In this document: positions 48,698 through 57,677 of the stretch, piece by piece
How positions within the stretch are numbered: position 1 is the stretch's first letter
Layout of the letters: each line of letters opens with the position of its first letter
From: Polyangiaceae bacterium
GTDB taxonomy: Bacteria > Myxococcota_A > Polyangia > Polyangiales > Polyangiaceae
Direction of reading: 5' to 3'
NCBI GenBank assembly: GCA_965222375.1
Contig: CBDCTZ010000016.1
Location: 3,072,001-3,136,000, forward strand
DNA: 64,000 nt
Translations under genes and position numbers: made by a program
The notes under the pieces: generated by a model
Seen by the model: only the letters and a program-made list of their open reading frames with translations
The model's database searches: none
Told to the model about the DNA's origin: nothing

Positions 48698-49950
48698 TGG
48701 CTATCCCTTAGTTTTCGAGCCGTCTCACGCCAGCTTTCCAATCGATCGTCCACGGAGAGTTCCTTCAAGTGACCCAGGTCGATGCACTGCGCCGGGTCGT
48801 CGCAGCCTTCCTCGGCAGGTAGTTCCGGATCCTCCACCAGACGATTGGCGAGGCTCACGGCCAGTGAGATGTCCAAGTAGGTGCTGACCTCGGCCTCGCG
48901 CTTGTGGTGCCAAGCAACGGCCTGGATCACGGGTTGGGGCAATCCCCAGATCCCGAGCAAATAGGCGCCCACCTCGGCATGAGTGACCCCGAGCATCTCG
49001 CGTTCGACCTCGAAGCGCGCGCGGCCCGTTCGCTCACATTCTTCGTTGACCTTGGCGAGGATGTCCGGCGCCCGAGCCGCCAAGAGCAGCCTTCCAACGT
49101 CGTGGAGCATTCCGGCCAGAAACGCATCTTCACCCATACCGGTGCCCGCGAGGATGCGACGGGCGAGATGGGCAGTGCGCAGCCCATTTTGTTGCAAGGC
49201 ATCGATACTGAAGCCCTTGACTGGCCGCTTGGGGGCGAACTGCTCACACAGCTCCGCGCTGAACACTACAGCTTTTGTGGTTTGGAATCCCAGATAGGCC
49301 ACAGCGCCCAGAGCCGTGCGAACCCGACTGGGCAGGCCGAAATAGGCCGAGGAAACCAAACGTACGACTTGCGCTGACAGCGCGACGTCGCTTTCGATGA
49401 TCTTCGCGACGTCGGCCACGCCCGTATCCGGGTCCGAGAGTGCCTTGGATAGCTGGGAGTAGACCTTGGGCGGCGAAGGTAGGCGGTTGCTCGTGCCAAC
49501 GAGGGCCCGCAATTCCGGATCATCCAAGAGCGCCCGCAACTCGAAGGCCTGTCGCAGCTTCGCTCGGAAGTTCATGGGTTCGAAGGGCTTGGTCAGGAAC
49601 TGATGGGCAACCGGGACGGTACGAAAGACGAGCTCGGGACTGGCGAGGGCCGACAGGACCAGCCGAACCACTTCCGGATGGTTATCTTGCACGTAGGTCA
49701 GCAGGGTTGCGCCATCCATCTCCGGCATCAGGAGATCCGAAACGATCACGTCGACGGGACGCGCCTCCATTTCTTGAATGGCTGCGTCTCCAGAGGGCAC
49801 GAAGGCCAGATCCCAGGTCGGCTCAGCGGTGCGCATGAGTCGCTCCACACTGCGAAGCACGGCGGGCTCGTCGTCCACGAATAGGAGTCGCGGCGCCTTG
49901 CGCTTCAGTGTGGACGGGGGGCGCGTTGAAGAGCGCGCGGCTGCGTGCAT
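48694..49950 (-). CDS. Response regulator receiver + HDOD domain protein
   Basis: LFVDDE, SDLLMP, FLTKP; LPSPP, SDVALSAQV, AGMLHDVG, THAEVGAYLLGIWGLP, AWHH. Confidence 0.92.
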   Translation of the reverse strand: MHAAARSSTRPPSTLKRKAPRLLFVDDEPAVLRSVERLMRTAEPTWDLAFVPSGDAAIQEMEARPVDVIVSDLLMPEMDGATLLTYVQDNHPEVVRLVLSALASPELVFRTVPVAHQFLTKPFEPMNFRAKLRQAFELRALLDDPELRALVGTSNRLPSPPKVYSQLSKALSDPDTGVADVAKIIESDVALSAQVVRLVSSAYFGLPSRVRTALGAVAYLGFQTTKAVVFSAELCEQFAPKRPVKGFSIDALQQNGLRTAHLARRILAGTGMGEDAFLAGMLHDVGRLLLAARAPDILAKVNEECERTGRARFEVEREMLGVTHAEVGAYLLGIWGLPQPVIQAVAWHHKREAEVSTYLDISLAVSLANRLVEDPELPAEEGCDDPAQCIDLGHLKELSVDDRLESWRETARKLRDSQ

Positions 49951-49965
49951 GTCGTCGAAGCACTG

Positions 49966-49981
49966 AGCAAAGAGCGGGCCA
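49966..49981 (-). promoter_or_regulatory. Sigma54 promoter (HDOD-RR/flgF)
   Basis: Minus strand TGGCCCG-CTCT-TTGCT, 16 nt before the ATG. Confidence 0.75.
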
Positions 49982-50100
49982 GCGCTGGGGTCGACCCAAT
50001 TGGGCAAATGCGCGGGCTCAGAGTCTGGGCATTCACGCGTATGGCGACGAGTTGACAGCGACGAAGTCACCACCTTGGCACATTGAGGGGGCTAGGGCTG

Positions 50101-50118
50101 GTGTCAACAGGTTGACAC
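50101..50118. promoter_or_regulatory. Palindromic enhancer-binding-protein site (FleQ-box-like GTCA-N6-TGAC)
   Basis: GTGTCAAC-AG-GTTGACAC, between two divergent sigma54 promoters. Confidence 0.65.
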
Positions 50119-50199
50119 GATGCGTTTCAAAAGCAGTTGAACTGCCGGCTCCGGCGGGTCTGCCATTAGATCACCGGGCGCCCATCGCGGTCGGTGGAT

Positions 50200-50215
50200 C
50201 GGCGCGGTTTTCGCA
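50200..50215 (+). promoter_or_regulatory. Sigma54 promoter candidate (small HDOD gene)
   Basis: CGGCGCG-GTTT-TCGCA with GG-N10-GC spacing, 17 nt before the ATG. Confidence 0.55.
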
Positions 50216-50231
50216 TTGGCTGCCGCATCCC

Positions 50232-50558
50232 ATGGCGCAGTCGATCAGCCCGAACGTGAACCCCGTCGCCAGCGACGGCGTGCTTCGCCCGTCGGACCTC
50301 GTATACATCGACAGTTTTCTCGATCTGCTGCACTGCTTGAACGATCCCTTCGCTGGCGGCCCCAAGATAACCGAGCTGGTGAGCAAGATCCCGGTCTTGT
50401 CGGCGCGCGTGATGCGCCGCGCGCGGGGTCGCTCCAAGCGCCGAAAGATCGATACGGTCGCGCAGGCCCTCACTTTGATCGGCAACGGTGGGCTCGAAAC
50501 AGAGCTGATACAGCTCCTCGAAGATCTGACGATCTTGAAGTCAGAGTTGGAACCGTGA
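50232..50558 (+). CDS. Small protein comprising only the N-terminal half of an HDOD domain
   Basis: LNDP...ITELVSKIPVLSARVMRRA...IDTVAQALTLIG; no HD motif. Confidence 0.7.
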   Translation: MAQSISPNVNPVASDGVLRPSDLVYIDSFLDLLHCLNDPFAGGPKITELVSKIPVLSARVMRRARGRSKRRKIDTVAQALTLIGNGGLETELIQLLEDLTILKSELEP

Positions 50559-50561
50559 TGC

Positions 50562-50577
50562 TGGCGCGCTTCTTGCG
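50562..50577 (+). promoter_or_regulatory. Sigma54 promoter (GH73-neu-mot operon)
   Basis: TGGCGCG-CTTC-TTGCG, 15 nt before the ATG. Confidence 0.75.
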
Positions 50578-50591
50578 AAGTCTCTGAGCTC

Positions 50592-51404
50592 ATGGCGATA
50601 AGTCCAGTTCTGCCCGCGTCGATTCAACCGACAACTTCGCGACCCCAACCCGCGGCGGAGCGTTTCCAGGTTCCACAGCAGCAGCGCGGCACTGTCGCCG
50701 CGACTCGCACGCGACTCTCCGGGGAGCAGGCCGCGGATGCCTTGGAGCGAGCCCTGACTCAGACTACGGGTAGTCGGCCACCCAGAGAAATGGTGGCTGT
50801 GCTCAGCGCCCAGTGGGCCCACGAAACTGGCCGCGGCGCAAGCATGTACAACTACAATTTTGGGGGCATCAAAGGCACGGGGCCGAGCGGCCTCTCGGTC
50901 GTACAACGCACTCGCGAGGGCTGGGGTGCCAGCGAGCGAACGATCCGAGATCGTTTTCGCGCTTACGCCACGCCCGAAGAAGGCGCAGCTGACTTCGTCG
51001 GTCTGTTGGCCAGGCGGTACCCCGCCGCTCTGGAAGCCGCCGAGCGCGGGGATACTCACAGTTTCGTCCGGGCTCTGAAGGCCAAAGGGTACTTCACCGG
51101 AAACGAACACGCCTACATCCGCTCTGTAGACGGATTGACGACCCTGGCGCTGACCGAAGGTTTCGGCGCGCTGGGGCATGATGGGCCGCCAGCGCCGCGG
51201 AGCCTGGCGCATTTGACGGTTTCGCCGAATGGTGCTGGGCGAGTTGATGCGGCTGGCGAAGGCCTCGGAGAACTGAGCGCTGTCCTCGGCGGCCAGGCCC
51301 ACTTCGTAGACGCCATGGCCATTGCCGACGAAATTGGTCGCAGCGCCCTGCGTTTGCTCGCAGAAGAAGCGCGCCGAGAGCGCTCCCCCGAGGAGACGGC
51401 TTGA
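50592..51404 (+). CDS. FlgJ-like GH73 glucosaminidase/muramidase domain protein
   Basis: AQWAHETGRG, YNFGGIKG, FRAYAT, LKAKGYFT. Confidence 0.75.
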   Translation: MAISPVLPASIQPTTSRPQPAAERFQVPQQQRGTVAATRTRLSGEQAADALERALTQTTGSRPPREMVAVLSAQWAHETGRGASMYNYNFGGIKGTGPSGLSVVQRTREGWGASERTIRDRFRAYATPEEGAADFVGLLARRYPAALEAAERGDTHSFVRALKAKGYFTGNEHAYIRSVDGLTTLALTEGFGALGHDGPPAPRSLAHLTVSPNGAGRVDAAGEGLGELSAVLGGQAHFVDAMAIADEIGRSALRLLAEEARRERSPEETA

Positions 51405-52102
51405 CCGCAGGGGTAGCAGGGCGCGACGCCCTTCGCAGCTACCTTGACGTTCGCTACGCGGTAGTGGAGCGCCCATACACCGAATACCCTGCCCAACTGG
51501 CTCGCTATCTGAGCGACACACATCTGATCGCCCATCAGGGTGGCCGGCTCTTGGATCTGGGCTGCGGCCGCGGCGAGTTCCTGCATGGCTTCGCGCAACT
51601 TGGGTTTTCAGCTCGGGGCGTCGACCGCTCGAAGCCCCAGTCGCCGCGCTTCAAGGAACCCGTCGTGGCTGCAGACTTCGAGCGCAGTGGTTTGCCCTTC
51701 GAGGACGCCAGCTTCGACGTGGTCTTCAACAAGAGCGTGCTCGAGCATCTGCATGACGTGAGCTATGTGCTCCAAGAGTGTCGGCGGGTCCTTGCGCCGG
51801 GCGGACTCCTCGTGAGCTTGGTGCCAGACTGGCGCTGCCAATGGCGTCATTTCTATGACGATTGGACTCATGTACGCCCCTTCACGCTGATAGGGCTACG
51901 GGAGTGCCTGACGAGTCACGGATTTGGCATTCGTCACGCAGAGCGTTTTCGTCAGCTACCGTTCTTGTGGAAGCGGCCGTATCTCGCACCAGTGGCCGGG
52001 ATTTGCTCGCTGCTGCCCGATCGAATGAAGCGTCACAAGCTCGTGCGCTTCTCCAAGGAGTGGATGCTGCTGGTCGTAGCTGAACCGACGACCGATGGTT
52101 AG
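51401..52102 (+). CDS. Class I SAM-dependent methyltransferase
   Basis: LLDLGCGRG, FDVVFNKSVLEH, RVLAPGG, DDWTH. Confidence 0.9.
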   Translation: MTAGVAGRDALRSYLDVRYAVVERPYTEYPAQLARYLSDTHLIAHQGGRLLDLGCGRGEFLHGFAQLGFSARGVDRSKPQSPRFKEPVVAADFERSGLPFEDASFDVVFNKSVLEHLHDVSYVLQECRRVLAPGGLLVSLVPDWRCQWRHFYDDWTHVRPFTLIGLRECLTSHGFGIRHAERFRQLPFLWKRPYLAPVAGICSLLPDRMKRHKLVRFSKEWMLLVVAEPTTDG

Positions 52103-52146
52103 CACGGCCTTTGCAACACGCAGAGTCGTCGCAAAAGGAGAACTCA

Positions 52147-53013
52147 ATGGGTCAGGTGAAAATCGGCGAGTCCACGGTTGGTGACGGCGCCCCTTGTTAC
52201 GTGGTTGGGGAAATCGGCATCAATCACAACGGCGACGTGAAGATCGCTAAGAAGCTCGTCGATGTTGCGGCGATCGCTGGATGCCAGGCCGTCAAGTTCC
52301 AAAAGCGAACCCTGGATGTGGTGTACAGCCGTGAGGAACTGGCGCGCCCCCGGGAAAACCCCTTCGGTGCGACGAATGGAGACCTCAAACGCGGGCTCGA
52401 GTTCGACGCAGATCACTACCACCACATCGACCGCTACTGCCAAGACAAGGGCGTGGCGTGGTTCGCATCCTGCTGGGACGAAGCAAGCGTTGACTTCATC
52501 GAGCAGTTTTCGCCTCCGGCCTACAAGATCGCCTCGGCGTCTCTGACCGACGACAAGCTTCTCAAGCACCATCGAACGACTGGGCGGCCCATCATCATCT
52601 CCACGGGCATGAGCACCCTGGCCCAGGTGGACCACGCCGTTGAAGTTCTGGGCACGGACAATCTGATCCTCCTACACACCACGAGTGCCTATCCCGCCAA
52701 GACCCAAGACCTGAACCTCAACATGATTCCCACACTGATGGAGCGCTACCAAGTGCCCATTGGCTACTCGGGACACGAGGTCGGTTTGGCCACGAGCTAC
52801 GCCGCGGTGGCTCTTGGAGCCTGCATGGTGGAGCGTCACATCACGCTGGACCGCGCGATGTGGGGTTCGGATCAGGCTGCGAGTGTGGAACCCCAGGGCC
52901 TGATGCGCCTGGTTCGGGACATTCGCAACATCGAGGCTTCGCTTGGTGATGGTGAAAAACGCGTCACCGATGCCGAGGTCCCGATCATGAAGAAGCTACG
53001 CCGGGTTGGCTGA
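52147..53013 (+). CDS. neuB: NeuB-family (N-acetylneuraminate/nonulosonate) synthase, short form without SAF domain
   Basis: EIGINHNG, VKFQKR, KIASA, STGM, GYSGHE, ERHITLDR, GSDQAAS; ends at 288 aa. RBS AAGGAG. Confidence 0.9.
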   Translation: MGQVKIGESTVGDGAPCYVVGEIGINHNGDVKIAKKLVDVAAIAGCQAVKFQKRTLDVVYSREELARPRENPFGATNGDLKRGLEFDADHYHHIDRYCQDKGVAWFASCWDEASVDFIEQFSPPAYKIASASLTDDKLLKHHRTTGRPIIISTGMSTLAQVDHAVEVLGTDNLILLHTTSAYPAKTQDLNLNMIPTLMERYQVPIGYSGHEVGLATSYAAVALGACMVERHITLDRAMWGSDQAASVEPQGLMRLVRDIRNIEASLGDGEKRVTDAEVPIMKKLRRVG

Positions 53014-53035
53014 GAAAGGGCAGCGAAGGCAGGTC

Positions 53036-53884
53036 ATGACTTTAGCGACACAAATCGGAGTGATGCAGGGCCGCTTGTCGCCGCGGCCCGAAGGCAAGCT
53101 GCAGGCGTTCCCGATGCAGACTTGGCGGCAGGAGTTCGCTCTGGCCGAGGAGCTGGATCTCGACGCTATCGAATGGATCTTCGAGGCGGATGCCGCTTCG
53201 GACAATCCAATCGTGTGGAAGAGCGGTCGCCAAGCCATTTTGGACATGCAGGTCGAGACCGGTGTGGTGGTCGACAGCGTATGTGCTGACTACTTCATGG
53301 TTCGACAGTTGGGCGGCATCGGCATGAGCGAACGCCAGGCCAATGCTCGGGTCCTGCAACTCCTGGTGGGCTGGGCTGCCGAGATCGGGGCGCGGCGCAT
53401 CCTGCTCCCCCTGTTGGAACAAGCGGCGCCTGGGGACGGTGACAAGCGCCAACAGATCATCGAGAGCATCAGCTCCGCACTGCCGGCGCTGCAGCAGCAC
53501 CAAATCGTGCTCGGTCTGGAAATGGAGCTGCCTGGCGACGCCTACGCTGACTTCGTCCGTGGGTTCAACAGCCCCTACGTGCGGGCCTACTACGACACCG
53601 GGAATTCCGCCGCTCAGGGCTTCAACATCGCTGAAGACATTAGGCCCCTGCTGCCCGTTCTCGATGCCGTGCACATCAAGGATCGCTTGCTGCACGGTCA
53701 AAGCATGCCTCTGGGTAGAGGCGACGCGAACCTGCCAGGCCTGTTCAAGACGTTGGCGGGAGCAGACCTCAGTGTGCCATTCACGCTGCAACACTACTTC
53801 GAGCAAGACCCGCGATACGACGCCCTGCGCGCTCTGAACTACGTGCGCATGGAGCTGGGGCGAGCAGGGCGGGAGGCTGCGTGA
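53036..53884 (+). CDS. Sugar-phosphate isomerase/epimerase (xylose-isomerase-like TIM barrel)
   Basis: IGVMQGRLSP, IEW, CADYFM, YDTGNS, HIKDR, PLGRGD. Confidence 0.85.
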   Translation: MTLATQIGVMQGRLSPRPEGKLQAFPMQTWRQEFALAEELDLDAIEWIFEADAASDNPIVWKSGRQAILDMQVETGVVVDSVCADYFMVRQLGGIGMSERQANARVLQLLVGWAAEIGARRILLPLLEQAAPGDGDKRQQIIESISSALPALQQHQIVLGLEMELPGDAYADFVRGFNSPYVRAYYDTGNSAAQGFNIAEDIRPLLPVLDAVHIKDRLLHGQSMPLGRGDANLPGLFKTLAGADLSVPFTLQHYFEQDPRYDALRALNYVRMELGRAGREAA

Positions 53885-54993
53885 GACGACGCGCCATTCG
53901 TCGCGCCCTGTTCGTGGGGCTCGGAGGTGTTGGTCAGCGGCACTTGCGTAACTTCGTGGAAGTGGTCGGGCCGGATGTGGAGCTCTTGGCCTACCGAGTT
54001 CGCCGGGAACGCAAGGTGCTCAGCAACAGCTTGGCTGCCCTCCCCGACGCCGACATTGAAGCCGAATTTCCCCTGCAGGTGTTCTCGGATTTGAACGAGG
54101 CTCTGGCCCAATCGCCGGATTTGACCATCGTGGCGAACCCAACCAGCTTACACGTGCCCGTAGCGCTGTCCGCGCTCGAAGCGGGATCAGACTTGTTCGT
54201 GGAGAAGCCCTTGTCCCACGACATGGACGGCGTGGAGATTCTGCAGCGCACTGCTCAAAAGCGGGGCCTGATTGGCTTCGTGGCCTACCAGCTTCGACAG
54301 CATCCGGATTTTCGGCGAGTTCAGACCTGGCTCGCGCAAGGGCGAATCGGTCGTGTCTACTCCGCCCACTTCGAGGTTGGCGAGTACCTGCCGGGTTTTC
54401 ACCCCTACGAAGACTACCGGCGCATGTACGCCTCTCGCAGCGATCTAGGCGGAGGCGTGACCCTGACTCAAATCCACGAGCTGGATCTGAGCTATGCATT
54501 GTTCGGCGTACCGACCCGTGTTTACTCCGTGGGGGGTCGTGTGAGTGATCTCGAGATCGACGTCGAGGACCTTGCCGTCTCGATCTTGGAATACGAACAC
54601 CCCGATGGGCGCGTGCTGCCCGTCAGCATCCACCAAGACTATTTGTCGCGACCCAAGAAGCGCGCCGCTAGCTTCATCGGTGAGGGTGGACGCATCGAGT
54701 GGAGCCTGAGTGAATCGCGCCTGACTCTCCAGGACGCACGTGGCCAGACTCTCGAAGACCACGATACGAGCGACTTCGAGCGCAATCGGATGTTCCTCGA
54801 CGAGATGCGCCATTTCGTCGACTGCGTTCGGGGGCGGCACCAGCCGGAGATCACGTTGCGAGACGGCGCCGCGAGCTTGCGAATCGCCCACGCATTGAAG
54901 CGTAGCCAGCGCTCCCGCCGACCCATGGACGTCGAAGTGCCGCCGCCCTCGGCCCGAGCGCGCCAAGCGTTGACCTTGGAGGCGGCGCCATGA
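53881..54993 (+). CDS. Gfo/Idh/MocA oxidoreductase
   Basis: GLGGVGQRH, NPTSLH, VEKP, GGGVTLTQIHELD. Confidence 0.9.
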   Translation: MRRRAIRRALFVGLGGVGQRHLRNFVEVVGPDVELLAYRVRRERKVLSNSLAALPDADIEAEFPLQVFSDLNEALAQSPDLTIVANPTSLHVPVALSALEAGSDLFVEKPLSHDMDGVEILQRTAQKRGLIGFVAYQLRQHPDFRRVQTWLAQGRIGRVYSAHFEVGEYLPGFHPYEDYRRMYASRSDLGGGVTLTQIHELDLSYALFGVPTRVYSVGGRVSDLEIDVEDLAVSILEYEHPDGRVLPVSIHQDYLSRPKKRAASFIGEGGRIEWSLSESRLTLQDARGQTLEDHDTSDFERNRMFLDEMRHFVDCVRGRHQPEITLRDGAASLRIAHALKRSQRSRRPMDVEVPPPSARARQALTLEAAP

Positions 54994-55739
54994 TCAAGGT
55001 TCTTGCGCTGATACCGGCGCGGGGTGGCAGCAAGAGCGTTCCTCGCAAGAACGTCCTGCCCATCGATGGGCGTCCTTTGATCACCTATTCCATCGAGCAT
55101 GCCCTTTCGTCCTGCCAAGTCACCCGCACAATCGTATCGACCGACGACGACGAGATAGCCTGCATTGCTCGCGGTGCCGGCGCGGAGGTTCCCTTCGTGC
55201 GCCCTGCCGAATTCGCCACGGATACGGCCACGGACTGGGACGTGTTCAAGCATGCCCTCGAGTTCCTCTCCGATTCCGAATCCTACGAGCCGGATTTGGT
55301 CGTCCACCTTCGCCCTACGGGCCCGGTGCGGGACGTGCGACGCATCGATGCCGCCATCGAAATGATGCTGGACACTCCCAAAGCAGATTCCCTGCGTTCC
55401 GTGAGCCTTGCCGAGCAGACCCCCTTCAAGATGTGGCGTATCGTCGATGGGAGGTTGACGCCGCTGCTGCGGGTGGAAGGCGTGCGGGAGGCGCACTCCA
55501 TGCCGCGGCAGAAGCTGCCCGAGGCCTACTGGCAGAACGGTTACGTCGACATCGTGCGGCCACGGACCGTATTGGAGCTGGGGTCCATGGTCGGCGAAAC
55601 GGTTCTGCCCTTCGTCGTCAATGGCCCCATCGTCGAGTTGGACTACCCGGACCAAATCCCCGCCTTGGAAGAGGCCGTCATCGCCGCCAGGAGCGGCACT
55701 CACAAGGAGGAACCCCAGTGGACGCGGCATCCGGCTTGA
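54990..55739 (+). CDS. neuA: Acylneuraminate cytidylyltransferase
   Basis: IPARGGSKSVPRKN, VSTDD, LRPTGP, PRQKLP..Y.QNG. Confidence 0.9.
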   Translation: MIKVLALIPARGGSKSVPRKNVLPIDGRPLITYSIEHALSSCQVTRTIVSTDDDEIACIARGAGAEVPFVRPAEFATDTATDWDVFKHALEFLSDSESYEPDLVVHLRPTGPVRDVRRIDAAIEMMLDTPKADSLRSVSLAEQTPFKMWRIVDGRLTPLLRVEGVREAHSMPRQKLPEAYWQNGYVDIVRPRTVLELGSMVGETVLPFVVNGPIVELDYPDQIPALEEAVIAARSGTHKEEPQWTRHPA

Positions 55740-56587
55740 TGACCAGCATTGATTCGCTGCACGCGAGTGTGATGCGGCGCTTTGACCTGACGGGACGCGT
55801 CGTCGTGATCACCGGCGGTGCCGGCCTGTTGGGCCGTCAGCATGCCGAAGCCATTGCCGAAGCTGGCGGCTTGCCGGTGATCGCCGACATCCGGGGCGAA
55901 GACGCCAGCGCGGCTGCCGAAGCCATTGCCTGGAGGACGGGTACAAGCACGGGCGCGTTGGAGATGGATGTCGCCGACCACGGATCCGTCGTTGCAGCGT
56001 TGGGCGAGCTGATTCGGCGACATGGGCGCGTGCACGCCCTCGTGAACAACGCAGCGCTCAACCCGAAGGTCGAAGGTAGAGGACTCGGTCCGTCCCGCTT
56101 CGAGACGTTCTCCGTCGATGCTTGGCATCGCGAGCTGTCCGTGGGGCTCACCGGCGCCTTCGTTTGCGCCCAGGTCTTCGGTAGTCACATGGCTCAGGCA
56201 GGGGAGGGCGTGATCGTCAACGTGGCTTCAGATCTGGGATTAGTCGCGCCGGATCAACGCATCTACCAGCAGCCCGGCTTGCCCGACGGCCAACAGCCCA
56301 CCAAACCCATCACGTATTCGGTGATCAAGGGCGGCCTCCTGATGATGACGAAGTACCTGGCTACCTACTGGGCTGACGCGGGCGTGCGAGTGAACGCGAT
56401 TTGCCCTGGTGGCGTTTACGCCGGGCAACCCGACGACTTCGTGGGGCGACTGACCGAACGCATTCCCATGGGGCGCATGGCAGAAGCGGACGAATACAAA
56501 GCCGCGCTGGTTTTCCTGTGCTCAGACGCCTCGAGCTACATGACCGGCTCGAATCTAGTCATGGACGGAGGCCGAACGTGTTGGTGA
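55739..56587 (+). CDS. SDR oxidoreductase (PtmA-like)
   Basis: TGGAGLLG, NNAA, APDQRIY, YSVIKGG, YMTGSNLVMDGG. Confidence 0.88.
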   Translation: MTSIDSLHASVMRRFDLTGRVVVITGGAGLLGRQHAEAIAEAGGLPVIADIRGEDASAAAEAIAWRTGTSTGALEMDVADHGSVVAALGELIRRHGRVHALVNNAALNPKVEGRGLGPSRFETFSVDAWHRELSVGLTGAFVCAQVFGSHMAQAGEGVIVNVASDLGLVAPDQRIYQQPGLPDGQQPTKPITYSVIKGGLLMMTKYLATYWADAGVRVNAICPGGVYAGQPDDFVGRLTERIPMGRMAEADEYKAALVFLCSDASSYMTGSNLVMDGGRTCW

Positions 56588-57669
56588 GCGACATCGAAGT
56601 ACTGGCCCTCGACATCGACGGCGTCCTGACCGATGGCCGAGTGGGCCTCAGCCCCGGCGGACCGGAGCGCAAGGAGCTTGCGTTTCGGGATCTGGATGCG
56701 ATCACGGCCGCGCGGCGCGCCGGTTTGCGCATCGCTCTCGTCACCGGCGAGGACGGCCCCATGGTGCGAGTGATAGCCGATCGCATTCAGCCCGATCACG
56801 TCATTGCCGGCGCCAAAGACAAGCACGCCGCTCTGCAGTCTTTGGCTCAGATCATGAGCTCGGAACCTGGCAACATCTGCTTCGTCGGCGACGCCGACCG
56901 CGACGCACTAGCATTCGGTGGTGTCGGGCTGGGGCTCGCGCCCGCAGATGCGTCCCCCCGAGCCCGGGCACGAGCCCACCGCGTGCTCGCCAACCGCGGA
57001 GGTGCCGGCGCCGTGGCGGAAGCCGTGGACATCGTGCTCGAGCTGATCGACGACGTCCGCCGCGGAGCGGAGCGAGAGACGGCGCTTAGCCGAGTCATCG
57101 ACGAGAGCCTGGCCGCCCATCGACGCATGCGCGATGAGTCCGTCGCTGCTCTGAGCCAGGTGGCGCAGATGCTCGTGCGCTCCTTGCGCTCTGGCAACAA
57201 ATTGTTGCTGTGCGGCAATGGAGGAAGCGCGGCAGACGCCCAACACGTCGCTGGCGAGATCGTCGGGCGCTTCGCCCTGGACCGTGACCCCTGGCCCGCC
57301 ATGGCGCTGTCGACGGATACGTCCATCTTGACAGCGATTGGAAACGACTGGACCTACGACGACATTTTTGCTCGTCAGGTGCACGCCTTCGCCAAGAGCG
57401 GCGACGTGGTGTGCGGCATCAGCACGAGCGGCGGCAGCACGAACGTCGTTCGCGCTCTCGAGGCGGCTCGCGCTCGGGGTGCAACGACCCTGGCCTTCAC
57501 GGGCGAAAACGGCGGCGCGGTGGCGGACGCCGCCGACCTCGTCTTCCGCGCGCCCGCAACTCAAACGCCACGCATTCAAGAGCTTCACATCCTGGCATGG
57601 CACGGGATCTGTGAAGTCGTGGAACGCACCCTGGTCGAAGGTTCAGCTCACGAGTTGGCTGCGGAATGA
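56584..57669 (+). CDS. Fusion: KdsC-like HAD phosphatase + GmhA phosphoheptose isomerase (SIS)
   Basis: LDIDGVLTDG, VTG, K, VGDADRD, GGAGAVAE; then CGNGGSAADAQH, NDW, GISTSG, RIQELH. Confidence 0.88.
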   Translation: MSDIEVLALDIDGVLTDGRVGLSPGGPERKELAFRDLDAITAARRAGLRIALVTGEDGPMVRVIADRIQPDHVIAGAKDKHAALQSLAQIMSSEPGNICFVGDADRDALAFGGVGLGLAPADASPRARARAHRVLANRGGAGAVAEAVDIVLELIDDVRRGAERETALSRVIDESLAAHRRMRDESVAALSQVAQMLVRSLRSGNKLLLCGNGGSAADAQHVAGEIVGRFALDRDPWPAMALSTDTSILTAIGNDWTYDDIFARQVHAFAKSGDVVCGISTSGGSTNVVRALEAARARGATTLAFTGENGGAVADAADLVFRAPATQTPRIQELHILAWHGICEVVERTLVEGSAHELAAE

Positions 57670-57677
57670 GGTGATTC

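Noticed and set aside
52100..52115. TAGCACGGCCTTTGCA as an internal sigma54 promoter for neuB
   Set aside because: The invariant -24 GG is AG (part of the upstream stop codon). It is otherwise a good match, so it is left unresolved rather than called.
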